NCBI GenBank assembly: GCA_009914755.4
Contig: CP068257.2
Location: 25,888,001-25,952,000, forward strand
Source of the DNA: the human T2T-CHM13v2.0 reference genome, Homo sapiens
Length of the DNA: 64,000 bases
Reading direction: 5' to 3'
The notes beneath the pieces are model-generated. The model was not told where the DNA came from. It did no database searches and saw only the letters and a list, made by a program, of their open reading frames with translations. The position numbers and the translations under genes are program-made. Below are positions 32,291 through 45,200 of this stretch, piece after piece (position 1 is the first letter of the stretch; each line of letters opens with the position of its first letter).

Positions 32291-35200
32291 GAAGGACTTT
32301 TTAATGCCCTAAAGTTCTAAGAAACCTCAAGAAGAGGCTAATAACTCATGCATTTCTTCATTTTGGACCAAGACACTGGTACCAGCCATATAGACAGCAG
32401 TAGGAATCATTCAGGGGATACAAAGGTATGTAAGGTATAGATATTTCACTCAAAGAACTTTCTCTGCAATGGAGAAAACAAACACATAAGCAGTATATTA
32501 CAGAGCAGTAGAAGGACTGTTAGGTTAAAACATACAGAAACATCTGGAAGAAATGACTACACTGGCCAGATGTGGTCTAAGAATGTTGTTTAGAGTAGGC
32601 TATACCTGACCTGAATATTAAAAGACAATATAAATTATTCAGCAAAAATAAATAAGGATAAGGTTAATAAGAAAATGATAAAGTAAGTTTAGTAGCTTTT
32701 GCAAAAGCAGGAAGGCAAAAGGATAGCATAGAACAATACTGTTAAGAAGATGTGCTTATTCTTTAGTTAGAATGAATTGCTTCTTTTATTTTCTCACACA
32801 CTAAATTAGTTTAGTTTGACTGAATTAGTTTAACTAAAGTGTGTGTGGGGGGGATTTAATAACTACACATTTGCAATAATTTTGCAATAACTATTTGCTG
32901 CAGTGCAAAACATCACTAATAAGATCTATATTGATTTGGGGTCCAGAGCATTTAGTTACAGGAATATCATAAAGGCTACCAATATGTTAGTTTCCTACTG
33001 TACACATTGCAGCAAGTTTAGTGGCTTAATACAAATTTTTCTTATAAGTGTGAAAGTTAGAAGTCTGAAATGGACCTCATTGTTTTAAAAATTGAGGAAT
33101 CAATAGGACGGTGTTTCTTTCTGGATCTTCTAGGACAGAAATGATTTCCTTGACTTTTCCAGCTTCTTGAGGCTGCCCACATTCCTTGGCTCATAGAGGT
33201 CTTCCATCGCCAAAGCCAACAACGGCCTTTCAAGTCTTCCACTTGTTGCATCACTCTGATACTGAATCTTCTGTCTCCCTCCAAATTTAAGAAACTTTCT
33301 GATTATATTGGGACTATGTGGGTAATCCCGGATAATTTCTCCATATTAAGGTTGCTAGCATAGTCACAGATTCCAGAGACTGAGAGGTGAACATCTTCGG
33401 GAAGCCGTTATTCTGCCCATCAAAGTATGTGCTCTGGTCCTGAAGATTCAAATTCAATCTACATGCAAAATACATCCACCTGTCTCATCATCCCCAAGAG
33501 TCTCAGTACCTTACAGAATCAACTCGAAGTTCCAAACATCTTTTACTTCTTATCAACTCTACTATATGGAGAAGATTTTTGGAAGTAAAGGATGTGTGAA
33601 ATTATTTGTATATTTTAATTATTTAATTGCATGTATTTGATAACAATTTAAATGACAACAATTTTGGTCAATGTAAAAGAAATGTTTAGTTTAAGTCTCA
33701 AAACTGATGTTACGAACATTGTTATGTTCATAAATGAGGGTAACAGACTAAAAATAGCGAGTACACTCTATTAGTATCTCCTGTGGACATTAGTATCTCA
33801 TGTGGATCAATTGGGAAATCATTATTCCTACAATAAATTTTCAGAAATAAATCTGAAAATAAATCATGAGTTGTATCACATCATCAGTGTGCACATTTAT
33901 GGAAATGTAATAGAATGGCCATAGAATATAGGTTATGCTTATAGAATTCTACTCCAGGAACTGGAAAATTTACAGCTGCCTAAACTTATCACTGAACTCA
34001 AGAAATAACCCCTTCAGATATTTTCCATGAAGCTTTACTCAGAGTTTACCACAGGGCTTAAAAGACTACTGAAACTACACTTGGAGGCCTTAATATTTTT
34101 GAAAGAAGGAACATTTTATAACCAGAAAATTAAAAATAATATTATTAAATTTGTGATCAATCTATAGACATTTACTTATGGCAGAAGGGTTGCTTGGGAA
34201 AATGATTTATCTTCCATCATCGCATATTAATAAGAAACCAGAAAATAGCTTCCTTCTGCCAATCTTGACTGCTAATGATAATTACAATAATTTGTCTGGT
34301 CCCAGTTGTGGGAGGAACGCCATGATTTCTTGTAACTCTCTGTGCAATGTCATCAGCTCTCTTAAAAACCCTGAAACTTGTGTGCTATTTCACTTTTCAC
34401 ATTCTTTTCCTTACCCAAAATTACTATAGCAGAGCTAGGTTTCGACCTCCAGTTTTTCTAATTCAAAATCCTATACATTTTTTTTCACTTGTCTCAACTT
34501 GAAAAAAACAGCAATGGTAGATGTTTTCCAGGGAAACTGGCATTTGTAGATATTGCAGCCAATTTGTGTGTGTGTGTGTGATGTTACATGTCCATTCACA
34601 AGTGGACACAGTTCATGTTTTCACTCAGATGCCCATCTTTAACTCTTTATCCAACTTCAATTGCCTTGCCTGTCTCTTTACATTTTAATTGATCAGTAAA
34701 TACAACCAATTCTGATTTTGAAAATTGCCTCAGCCTTTTCAGGTCTTCATTTCCTCTGTTATAGAGGAATATCATAGAGGTAAAGTGCTAGTTTCCTAAC
34801 AACATATTAAAGCTACATACAGTCAACATGACTTGTTGATATTGACCTTGGTCACCTAGTTAAGGTGGTGTTAGGTTTTTCCACTGTAAATTTACTATTT
34901 TTCAACTCTTTCCATATTGCACCCTTTGGAAGAAAGTCACTATTAACAGCTCATACTGAAGAAGTGAGTTGTTTTGATTATTTGGTATTCTTCTACAAGG
35001 CAGATTTGTTTCTTCTCTACTACCTATTCAATTGTGTATTGATATCTGTATGGACTCAGACATTGATTTTATAATTTGGACCATAATCCAATGCTACTTT
35101 GTTTGCTTTGTTGCCCAAATTGTTCTAGCTATGGACACTTGGAGCTTTTTCAGTTTGTTCCTCGGACCCTTTGACATGCCCCCATCATTGTGGGTTTTCT

Positions 35201-36699
35201 TTTCTTCCTTTTTTTTTTAGGACTTTCTGGCATTATAAGATATAGCCCTAGATTCAACTTGCATATTTCATCTATTTTTAAGTTATTAAATAGCATTTAC
35301 TTTGTGATCCCATTTGGGGAAATACATGGAATTCAGATGCATGTATTATAATATGGAATAATATCAAACATTAATAGTGGTTATGCTATCTCCGGGTAAT
35401 CGTACTATTAGTGATTTAGTTTTTCTCTTTATGAATCTTTATTTTTATTATGACATATTACTTGTGTTAGAAATCAATAATATTGGATGATCAGAAAGGA
35501 AATAAAAATATTCTGAAGGCAATAATAACTTATTTATAAATCAGTGAAGCCTGTGTCTCTAGACTGACAGGACATGAGGCAATTTTAGAGTGGCAGGTGC
35601 CCTCTACTGGTCAGCTGCTCAAACCCTCTATAGACTAAGAGCTGCATCCTTAAAAACAAAAGCCCACCATTTTCTTAGCACTGATATCTCAGGAGGTAAA
35701 AAAGTACTTGGGCTTTTGCTAGAGATTACATAGCTACATATCTGAGGGGTCACTACGTGAACTTAAAAATTGACTCCTATAAATGTGAAGTCTGTACTGT
35801 GGATTGTGAATTAGAAATGGATATGTGTGAGAACAGGCCTAGAAAAATATCACACATGCTGACTTGCCAATGTTGGACCTCTTGAGTCTAATCTACAAAA
35901 AAATCTCCTTGGATGAGAATATTTTGTTCATGACCTCTCTGCTGAGAATGTGACCATGTCTGCTACAGAGCTTAAATAAATAATGCTGAGACTATTCATT
36001 ACAAAGCTCCCAAGGAGAAAAAAAAAGCAATTTATTTTATGTACTACCTTAATTAAGTTTAAACTGCCTAGTGTGAATTTTTGATGAAGAACAAAGATAT
36101 AATAAGTGATTTTGCCTAGGGAAGCTCATGTGCTGAGTCAATACTTATTGAGCACAGTTCTCTTTTATATTAGATGCTGCTCTAAGAAGCTGCGTGCAAT
36201 ACAGCATCAGATGTTGCAGAGCTCTGCATATGGGGGGCTTGCACTTGTGAGCAGAAACAAACAATAGGCAATAAACTTGATAAATGAGTAAATGACTTGA
36301 TTGGTAGCAGGCATAAAGAAAACCACAGTGTATTAAGGGCCACTGGGAGGAGTAGGGGTGGAGATGCAGCCAGCTTGCTGTACTAAGAGAAGAGACAGAG
36401 TAGGCCTCTTTAAGAAGGTGATGTTTGAGCAAACTAGCAATACATAAACAAATAAACCTTAAAATTCTTTTTTTTAAATTCTGAGAGTCATCTTTTATAT
36501 AACAAACTGTAGTTATTTCTAATTCCTCCTAGGATAAAATGAAAAAAATTTAAGGAGGCCTCCAGGGCTTTGTAGATTCCAGCCTCAGCTTGGTTCTCCA
36601 GCCCATTTTTAACTAGCCCCTCTTTTTGTTTACTCTGTTTCAAGCATATTGATTTTTGTTTGTTTGTTTTACTTATTTTCTTTAATGACCAAAGCCATT

Positions 36700-37050
36700 C
36701 CCAACTCTGAATCTAAACACCTTTTTCCTCTGCCGGGATTCTGCCCTTGCCACCATTCCTACCCTTTAACTCTCAATTGAAATACCATTACCTCAATAAA
36801 ACCTTTTCCGGGTCACACCAACCATCTCAAACTAACAACTCCCTGAATTTCACCTTCCAATGTTACCATGGTTATATTTAAATTCCTACGTAGTGAATTT
36901 TGTCTTCTCCCAGCCTCTAGCCACACTCTACTCCTGGACCGGAAGCATTTTGAGATCAGGGGCTTCATCTTGACTGTCTTCCCAGCACTTCGTATGGTAG
37001 CTCATAGTAGTCGCTTAATGGATATTTGTTGAACAAATGAGTCAAACTTT
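36700..37050 (+). mobile_element. Ancient MIR/L2-related repeat (3'-end motif)
   Basis: ...ggaccggaagcattttgagatcaggggcttcatcttgactgtcttcccagcacttcgtatggtagctcatagtagtcgcttaatggatatttgttgaacaaatgag parallels the widespread motif ..agactgtgagctccttgagggcagggactgtgtc..tccccagcacctagcacagtgcctggcacatagtaggcgctcaataaatgtttgttgaatgaatga. Family assignment is uncertain. Confidence 0.4.
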
Positions 37051-38923
37051 TTGTTTAGTTCCCTGCTGCCCCATATGGATAACCTTGATTATCTGAACAT
37101 TTAGGGGAAATCTCATGGAGGCACCCTTTTATAGTACAGAATTTCCCTCATGCCTTCTTTGCTACGAGGTAAATTTAAATCATGGGTGCAAGGAGTCAGA
37201 CATGACAGAGGCAGAGATTCTTGATTCAACAAGTATGTATGTCTATTTTCTCTTAGAAGCTCAAACTTTTGTATGTTCCACACTTTATATCACGCACAAT
37301 GATGGAATTATGGGAAAGTGAAACATCGTAGTTTTGATTATAGTGGTGATTAATTTGGCACCGGTCTCAAAGCCGAAAAGAGAAAGGGGGAGAAGAATGG
37401 GGAGAGTCCCTGAACAGCTGATCTATGCTGCCAAAAGACGCAGCTTCTCAAATTACTTGGAGGAGCCAGAGATCCCTTAAATAAAAGGAGAGGTGTCTAG
37501 GTTTGTGCATTTAAAGAGACATATTCCTTTAAAGCAAATTTTTCAGCGCTGACTACACATTAGAATCACTAGGAAAGATTTTATGAATACAGGATATACA
37601 AGTCATACCCTAGGTCAATTATATCAGAATCCCTAGGGCCAAGACCTAGGTATTGATGGTTTTTAAAAATTTCTCAGGTGTTTCTAATATACAACCAAGG
37701 TTGAGGATTACTGATTTAGATAAAAGCAATTTACTCTGTTAATATGCAAATATCTCTAGATGAGGATATATATATATATATGTAAACAGTTTAAATATAA
37801 TACACGTAATACTTATAAATAAATTAAATAGAAATTAAATAAAATGAAATATCAGATTCTTTCTAGTTTACCTGGTCAGTAAGAAAATGTTTTTGATGAG
37901 GCTAGACAGGGCGCTAGTGGGGGAGAGAAAGTTCTGGAGCACTCTTTCTCAATTGGGTAGTGAATGGCTGGGAAGGATTAGGAAAAGTTCTAGGATATTA
38001 GTAATCTAAAAGAAAACAGGGCAGAGTATGGAGGGGATGTGGACAGAAAAACCTGAAGTTAGAGATGACCATGTATATTTCAACATTCCACAAGTATATC
38101 TAGGTACGTACTGAATCCCAAAGAGAATGGGGCTCTCAAAGTCCACGGGCTGGAGAAAAAAATTTTTGTCCCCAAAGGGTCTGAGAGAGAGCAGGGAGTA
38201 AAATTGTATAAAAATCTGTTTGGGAGAAGAAGTCATTGGGGCCATGATCATAAAGCTAGAAACAAAGACCTTCAATTTATGTAATAATTAACAGCAGTGA
38301 CACTGTGCCTGTAAAGTAAATAGAATTGGATGCAACACACACACAAGATGGTGAAGCTTGTTTTGAGAAATCTATGCCTCACTGAATTTTATATTCTTGA
38401 AAGACATTTTCATCAGTTTAGATACTTGACTTCATCAACTGATTGACTTTCACTTAAATGTTACTCTTAATGCAGACTCTAACCAAAAATTATGACCATG
38501 TGGACTTAATTAAGTCTAAAGTGTTTAAAAATTATTTCAGACTCGAATCATCTACTATATTGTTCATACCAGTAATTATAATTAGGCAGGAAATTTAAGA
38601 AGACTATTGGAATATGAGAAGCAAGGAAGGTAACGTCTCCCTTATATAAAATAAATAAACTTGGATTTGAGATTCCCTAACTGTGGACATAGCTAGTCAT
38701 TTTGATAGAACAAGTTCCAGTTCTGCCACACTGGCATTCTTGGTAAGTACCACATATATAGCTTTTAATTTTGAACAAATACTCTGGTAGATAACAGTTG
38801 CTTCTCATGCCAGTTCAATTGAATTAGACCCAACTTGGCTTCATAGGTGCAACTGAGGATTAAGGATGGCAAGATCTCTCTGACATCCTCTGTTATTTAA
38901 TGTTGCCTAAGAAAGGAACATGG

Positions 38924-39218
38924 GGCCAGGTGTGGTGGCTCACACCTGTAATCCTAGCACTTTGGGAGGCTGAGGCAGGCAGATTGCCTGAGCTCCAGAG
39001 TTCGAGACCAGCCTGGCCAACATGACGAAACCTCGTCTCTACTAAAAATACAAAAAATTAGCTGGGCATGGTGGCAGGCGCCTGTAATCCCAGCTACTCA
39101 GGAGGCTGAGTCAGGAGCATAGCTTGAACCCGGGAGGCGGAGGTTGCAGTGAGATGGTGCGGCTGACCTCCAGCCTGGGCAGCAGAGAAAGACTCTGTCA
39201 AAAAAGAAAAAAAAGAAA
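38924..39218 (+). mobile_element. Alu SINE (sense)
   Basis: ggccaggtgtggtggctcacacctgtaatcctagcactttgggaggctgaggcaggcagattgcctgagctccagagttcgagaccagcctggccaacatgacgaaacctcgtctctactaaaaatacaaaaaattagctgggcatggtggcaggcgcctgtaatcccagctactcaggaggctgag...ctccagcctgggcagcagagaaagactctgtcaaaaaagaaaaaaaagaaagg. Confidence 0.95.
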
Positions 39219-39959
39219 GGTACATGGCAAGCCTACATACCAGGTGTATTTTCCAATAGTATTTCTAACTTGAGGCAGCTGAGCTCACATTGCACATAAC
39301 AAAATTATGAAAATGACAAAATGGAAGCTGAACTCAGAGACATCAGGAAACAGATACTTAAATATTATCAGACCTTACTCTCCATCCCATATCTGCCTCT
39401 CACTTGCTATCAACTTGACCATTTTCACCTGTGGCTTCAGAGGATAATGATAATATTTACTTAATTTAATGTCTCCTATTACAATTGGGTCAGATGTTTT
39501 ATGCACTTAAAAACTTACTGGCATCCATTTCATGCAATAAATTTAACACCAGATTGCCACTCAAAAGAAAGTATCAATTAAGCTGGAATATGTCAGCATT
39601 GGCAATACACAGATCAAACAAAAACACAAAATAATTTGGCTTACACTCTCTGCCTGTTAAAGTAACCAATGAAACTATTTTCCTGGGGAAGCTTTTCAAA
39701 GTATTTAGCCTGTCACAAACTGGCCCTTTGAAACTGTATTCCCAAAGACAAGTTGTAGAACCCAGACGGTCATTGAGAATTGTTGAGCCTGGAGGGTGAG
39801 AATTTGTGTCCACCACAGTCGAGAATCAGAAAGGAGGATAAGATGAGGAGAGAGAAGAAAACAATAGGTAAAGTCTGTGTAGTATGGAGGTGTGTTTCCA
39901 GAGGATATTGAAGAGCAAAGGAAACACAGGGATGGATGCTGGAGGCCACTACTATGGAC

Positions 39960-40433
39960 TGAATGTGTCTCCCCAAAATTCATATGTCGAAATCCTAATG
40001 TACAATGTAATAGTAATTTGAGATGGGCCTTTGGGAGGAATTTGATCATGAGAGGAGATTCCTTATGATGAGATAAGTGCCCTTATTTTTTTAAAAAGGA
40101 CAGAAAACAGCTTGCTTCTTCTTCTCTGCCTCTCTCTCTCTGTTTCTCTCTCTCTCTCTGTTTCTCTCTCTCTGTTTCTCTCTCTCTCTCTGTTTCTCTC
40201 TCTCTCTCTGTTTCTCTCTCTCTCTCACTCTCTCTCATTCTCTCTCTGTCCCACATGAGAAGACAGTGGGAAGATAGCCACCTATGGAGTGGAGGAGTAC
40301 CCTCACCAAAACTGATCTCAGATGAGACTGGAACCCTGATCTCAAACTGCCATCATCCAGAGCTATGAGAAATGTTTGCTGTCGAAGTCACCTCGTCTAG
40401 GGTAATGTGTTATAACAACCCAAGCTGATGAAG
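39960..40433 (+). mobile_element. Solitary MaLR/ERVL-type LTR (MST/MLT-like) containing an expanded CT-rich minisatellite
   Basis: tgaatgtgtctccccaaaattcatatgtcgaaatcctaatgtacaatgtaatagtaatttgagatgggcctttgggaggaatttgatcatgagaggagattccttatgatgagataagtgcccttattttttt.aaaaaggacagaaaacagcttgcttc.. parallels the LTR pattern tgaatgtgtctccccaaaattcatatgttgaaatcctaac..aatgtgatggtatt.ggaggtggggcctttgggaggtaattaggtcatgagggtggagccctcatgaatgggattagtgcccttataaaagaggcc.gagagagcttgcttgctctctc... Subfamily was not determined. Confidence 0.55.
40121..40250. repeat. (CTCTCTCTCTGTTT)n-type minisatellite (about 9 units) inside the LTR
   Basis: ctctctctctgtttctctctctctctctgtttctctctctctgtttctctctctctctctgtttctctctctctctctgtttctctctctctctcactctctctcattctctctctgtccc. 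Confidence 0.9.
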
Positions 40434-41788
40434 AAAGCCACTGTCTGATTAGATGGGTCTCTCCTAAGGAATTGGTTTCTTGTTAGGTAATGTACCCTGG
40501 TATCAAGATTTGGAAAACAGTGTAAATATTAATTCAAAGTAATTATTTGAGCTGTGCTGGTAACTAGACCTACTAGAGTAATTCTGGCTCAAATAGTTCT
40601 TGTGATATGCCCTGCTTATTCTTATAAGGATTGAGAAGTTGACTAAAATTTGTCCATTATTTATTACCAGTGAACTCTGGTATTTCCTGAGGGTATTTTC
40701 TCAAACCTACTCGTTCCTTCCAGGCCTCTGCCACTTGCTCAATGTAGTATCCCAGCTCTCTGTCACTTTCCATGCCTCACCTCATGACGCTGCTTGCTAG
40801 TTCAGCCTCCCTCCTGGCATGGGCCAGACAGCAGCATATTCTCCTTACCTGCTGTCATGAAAGCTGTAATAACTGCAATGCCCAGTGCAAAGCTACCTAA
40901 ACCCAGGAAGAATCTGGCCTCCCCACTTACTTTCAAGGTGGGACTAGGTAACACAGTCCAGAAATGTTGAGGATTTCAGACCATTAGGGTATATTCGGCC
41001 ACTGAGAGTCAGGAGAAATTGAGGAGCCAACAAATTATGTCTTCACATTTACTCACTCTCTCCCCCACAGGATCACTGTGGAGAAGGTGTTTTCATTGGC
41101 CTCTGCACAGGCACCCTGCATCACTCATTAGTCAGTCGAGCTTCCTGGGGCCAGCTCAGTAGCATGCCAACTTGTATGTGATTTTCTTCCCCTCAACCTT
41201 AATGACCTGGTACTGCACCCATTCCTAAAGTATTAGCACACAAGCTTTCCTTTAGGCTCTGTTGGTTAGGGGCTCTTTGACTCATTACCCCTTCTACCCC
41301 AGCTCACATACACTGTTGCCCTGCCAAATAACATGTTTATTTCAGTGATGTCAGCAGGAACAGACATTCATGTCCAACTGTGTTGATTCCTTCTTTTAGT
41401 CTATCTTGGAAGTAGCGAAGAATTTCTGCTCTGGGGCCTCTCTTTCAACTGAGGACACACATCAAGACACAGCTGTTGCACCAGAAGCTGTAATTCTGCA
41501 GGCCTGCCAACTGGCACATTCCATCATATAACAAGAATTCTTGGGATGTGGAATCCAAAACACTGGCCAGAGACATAGCTTAATATCACTACAGTGGTGT
41601 GGGATGGAGTAAATATTAGTACTTGTTTTATTTTTTCTGGTAAGTAGAAAATTGGAAATGGTACCCTCTTATAGTTTCTTGCCAAAGATGGATGTTGGCT
41701 TTCCACAAAAGTGTAGAGCTACACAAGCCTTAGGATTCTGTTAAATTAATTCTAAATATCTGAGAAGAAAATTACTAATAATGTGTCA

Positions 41789-42310
41789 TGAATTAGTGAC
41801 TCCCAAGAATTGAAGTCCACAAGAACCTCAGAATGTGATTCTATTTGGGAAAATGATCTTTTCAGATGCAAGTAATTAAGATCTTCAGATGAAATCATAA
41901 TTCTGAACTTAGTATGGGTTCTAACTACAAAGACTGATGCCTTTATAAGAAGAGGAAAAAACACAGAGACATAGAGGTGAAGGTCACCTGAAGATAAAGA
42001 CAGAAATTGGAGTTATGCTCCCACGAGCCAAGGAAGGTTAGGGGCCCCCAGAGGTACAAGAAGAAAGGAAGTATTCTCTCCTTCCTTTGGAAAGAGTGTG
42101 GCCCTGGCTATATTTTGATTTTGGACTTCTAACCCCTAGAACTGTGAGAAAATACATTTCTGTTTGTTTTTAAATCAGTTTGTTGTATTAGGTTGGTGCA
42201 AAAGTAATTGTATTTTTTACCATTACTTTTAATGGCAACAATCGTTAATTACTTTCACACCAACCTAATACATTGTTAAGGCAGACCAAAGTATTAGAGA
42301 GACCCCAAAA
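41789..42310 (+). mobile_element. Solitary MaLR/ERVL-type LTR fragment, interrupted by the MADE1 element at 42188-42268
   Basis: ...cctttataagaagaggaaaaaacacagagacatagaggtgaaggtcacctgaagataaagacagaaattggagttatgctcccacgagccaaggaaggttaggggcccccagaggtacaagaagaaaggaag.attctctccttcctttggaaagagtgtggccctggctatattttgattttggacttctaacccctagaactgtgagaaaatacatttctgtttgttttt parallels the canonical MaLR LTR ..cccttataagaagagga.attagacacagacacacagagggaagaccatgtgaagacacagggagaagacggccatctacaagccaaggagagaggcctcagaagaaaccaaccctgccgacaccttgatcttggacttccagcctccagaactgtgagaaaataaatttctgttgtttaagccaccc. Confidence 0.6.
42188..42268. mobile_element. MADE1 (Hsmar1-derived 80-bp palindromic MITE) flanked by a TA duplication
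   Basis: ttaggttggtgcaaaagtaattgtattttttaccattacttttaatggcaacaatcgttaattactttcacaccaacctaa versus MADE1 consensus TTAGGTTGGTGCAAAAGTAATTGCGGTTTTTGCCATTAAAAGTAATGGCAAAAACCGCAATTACTTTTGCACCAACCTAA. The 37-bp terminal inverted repeats are recognisable. Flanking TA at 42186-42187 and 42269-42270. Confidence 0.85.
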
Positions 42311-44489
42311 TCAGCAGCAGAAAATGTCAGCGGTCTAAGAGAATGAAGTGAGGAGTGAGAACATACACACGGAATAGGCACGAATGGCAAAAATCTTGAT
42401 GCTAAGTCGTGTTTTTGGATGTTGCATTACAAATACAATGAGCCCTTATCAATTAAATGATGGGCTTTCTGGTACTATTGAATGACATCAGTTTCTTTTA
42501 CTTGGGTATATTAACTTCCTTAACTCTACATGAAAAAGTCTTTGCATATCTAGAATATTTCATCAGGGAGTCAAATTGTCTCCTGGATATAAACATCAAC
42601 AAACCAAAACAAGCTTACACAAGTGGAAAGCTTGACATTGTTGAAGAATGAGTGACAGAACCTCAAATGTTTGAATAATGTTTCATTCACAGCTGTTGTG
42701 GCTTCTATCTAGTTGGCAAAACATGTAAGTCTAGCCATGAGCTACCTACCCCAGTCTGAGAAAATTATTTTAACATCTAATGGCCCTTGTCATGTAACTC
42801 CTCAAGGTTATACATTTTTCCATTGATTTTACCATGGAACCTAGAGTTATCAAGAAGTTAAGAAGGGAAATAGATATAAATCCACTTATCTTTAATTAAA
42901 ATTTTTCCTAAAAATTTTTGATATAGGCTTTTTGTAACAAACTGCCTTTAAGTAGGTTTTTCACAACAAAAGTCTACTCATATTCATTATAATGTTTATT
43001 ATGAGCTCTATGTTATTGCCTTAATGACAGTTTCTTGATAACGGAGAATTTTCAAATTAGGTAATTTTCAGAATTAGTTGTGTCACTTTTATATGGAAGC
43101 ACACTTGTTTGTAAATAGTTACCTTCACTCAATTAAAAGGACCATTTGAGTTCATTTCAAACTAACTGAAATGATGATATATTTAGCAGGAGTTTATTGA
43201 TCAAATGCATGGACATTACAGTTCTTACTTGACTTTAATGGCAAATTTCAACTTTTGCAGAATGGGGTTACTTTGCTTTGGTAAACTTTTCTGATCAGAG
43301 AACATTGGTTTGAATCTCATGGTATTTTTCAGCAGTTAGGCTATGCCCACCTCTGGGAAAATGTACCAGTTTTTTTCATACAGCTCATTAAAAATATAAA
43401 TTTAAAAAGCATGTGTGTTTGGGTACTTTCCAGGGATTGAGTATAAATGCATAGTTTTCTAACAATTGAAATAAATAAACAAGGGACAATAGACACAGGA
43501 GTACTAACCAAGCCGCTCCTTAGTAGTGTGACAATATTTCTCTTTTCCTCTTTCTTAGTCTCCAAGTAATTCTAACACATTATCTTTCTAACGCTCACTC
43601 CTAGAGTCATGGGACTTCTCCAGTCATGGGTCATTATTTCAAAGATGAGATAATTCTTCAGGAATGACTTCCAAAGTGGTTTTGCCTCAATGAGTACTCT
43701 GTTGAATCATTAACATAAGGCTAAGCATTTTAAATTTTATGTCTCATGAATTCCACAATGAGAAAGTAAAGGAGAAATTACTTATTGTCAAAAGGAATGA
43801 GATTTTGACTATAATAATTATCTTCTCAAGACAAGAGAATAGAATATAAAATTTACATTTTAATAAAAGAAGACAGATACAGAATATAAAGAAATGTTTT
43901 ATAAATAAGATTTTAGTAAGAATTTATATTTTAATTATATTTTAAGAGAAAAGTAAGATTAAATAACTGGTGATTGTAAATCTGTCTCTTAAATCAGTGT
44001 TCCTCAATTATTTTATCTAAAAATGGATATCAAACTTATATTAACAACTTAATTTTACATCCAATAGGGAAACATACAATTTAAACTTTTTTACAGTAAT
44101 TTTAAAGATAAATATATAAACGGGCTTTGGCACTAATTATTTAAATGAAATAGCTGTTCTCTGAATCTAACTGCATTGAACATTTTCAAAGCCACAGTAT
44201 ATATTTTAATTTACTGCATGTAAAATTCACCCAGTCAAAAAATAAAATCCTCAGTTCTCTTACTCAGGCAGCTCATGCTATAGGAGAGTCACAGAAGTTA
44301 AAATAAGTATAACGGTTTCACAAAAGATGTAGGGTATAGAATAAAAGAAAAGCCTTACAGATGGGAACTGAAATATGAAAAGGAGTTTCTAGGTGGAAAA
44401 GGAAATAAATGAAGGTCAAAACAAAAGAATAAAATATGCAAAGGCCTGGAATCATAAAACAGTATAGATCATTCTGGAAAGGCAAGAAA

Positions 44490-45200
44490 GAGAGAGGTGG
44501 AGACAGCGATAGAATAGAGACAGAGATGGAGATGAAGATGGAGATGGGAGTAGAGGTGGAGGTAGAAGGAGAGGGAGTGGTAGAGCTAGAGATAGAGATA
44601 TAAATGGAAATGAAGATGGGGTAGATAGAGGAAGAGGTAGAGGTAGGGATAGAGATGGAGATGGAGACAGAGATAGAAATAGAGAAATAGGTAGAGACAG
44701 AGTTAGATAGAGGAAAAGTAGAGGTAGATTGAGAAAGAGGTAGAGGTAGAGAAAGAAATAGCATTAGCAATAGAGATGGAGATAGAAACAGACATGCAGA
44801 TGGAGAGAGAGATAGAGGTAGAGGTTGAGGTACAGGTAGAGGTAGAAAAAGGAAGAGGAACAGATAGAGATAGAGACGACAGAGATTGAGGTAGAGGTAG
44901 AGACAAGTAGAGGTAGAGTAGAGACAGATAGAGGTAGAGGTAGGGATAGGGATAGGGATAGAGATGGAGATAGACGTAGAGACTGAAGTAGAATAGAGAT
45001 AGGTAGAGGTAGAGTAGGGGCAGAGGAAGAGGTAGAGGTAGGGATAGAGATAGAGATAAGAGATAAAAATATATAGAGATAGAGATAGAAGTCGAGATTG
45101 AGGTAGAGGTAGACAGAAATAGAGACAGAGTTAGAGATAAAGGTAAGGATAGACAGTAAGAGAAAAAAAGAGACAACACAGAGACAGAGAGAATTTCCAT
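44490..45200 (+). repeat. About 700-bp imperfect purine-rich hexamer minisatellite (GRTAGA/GAGATA/GGTAGA)n
   Basis: ...gagacagagatggagatgaagatggagatgggagtagaggtggaggtagaaggagagggagtggtagagctagagatagagatataaatggaaatgaagatggggtagatagaggaagaggtagaggtagggatagagatggagatggagacagagatagaaatagagaaataggtagagacagag... Almost exclusively G/A/T on the top strand and strongly strand-asymmetric. The minus-strand ORFs 44318..44770, 44703..45281 and 44764..45228 (S/L/I/Y/P-rich) are repeat read-throughs. Confidence 0.95.

Noticed and set aside
33140-33520. Possible ancient LTR or DNA-transposon fragment (..ggctgcccacattccttggctcatagaggtcttccatcgccaaagccaacaacggcc.. resembles MLT/MER-type motifs)
   Set aside because: The resemblance is vague and I cannot name the family or boundaries with any confidence. 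It needs RepeatMasker.
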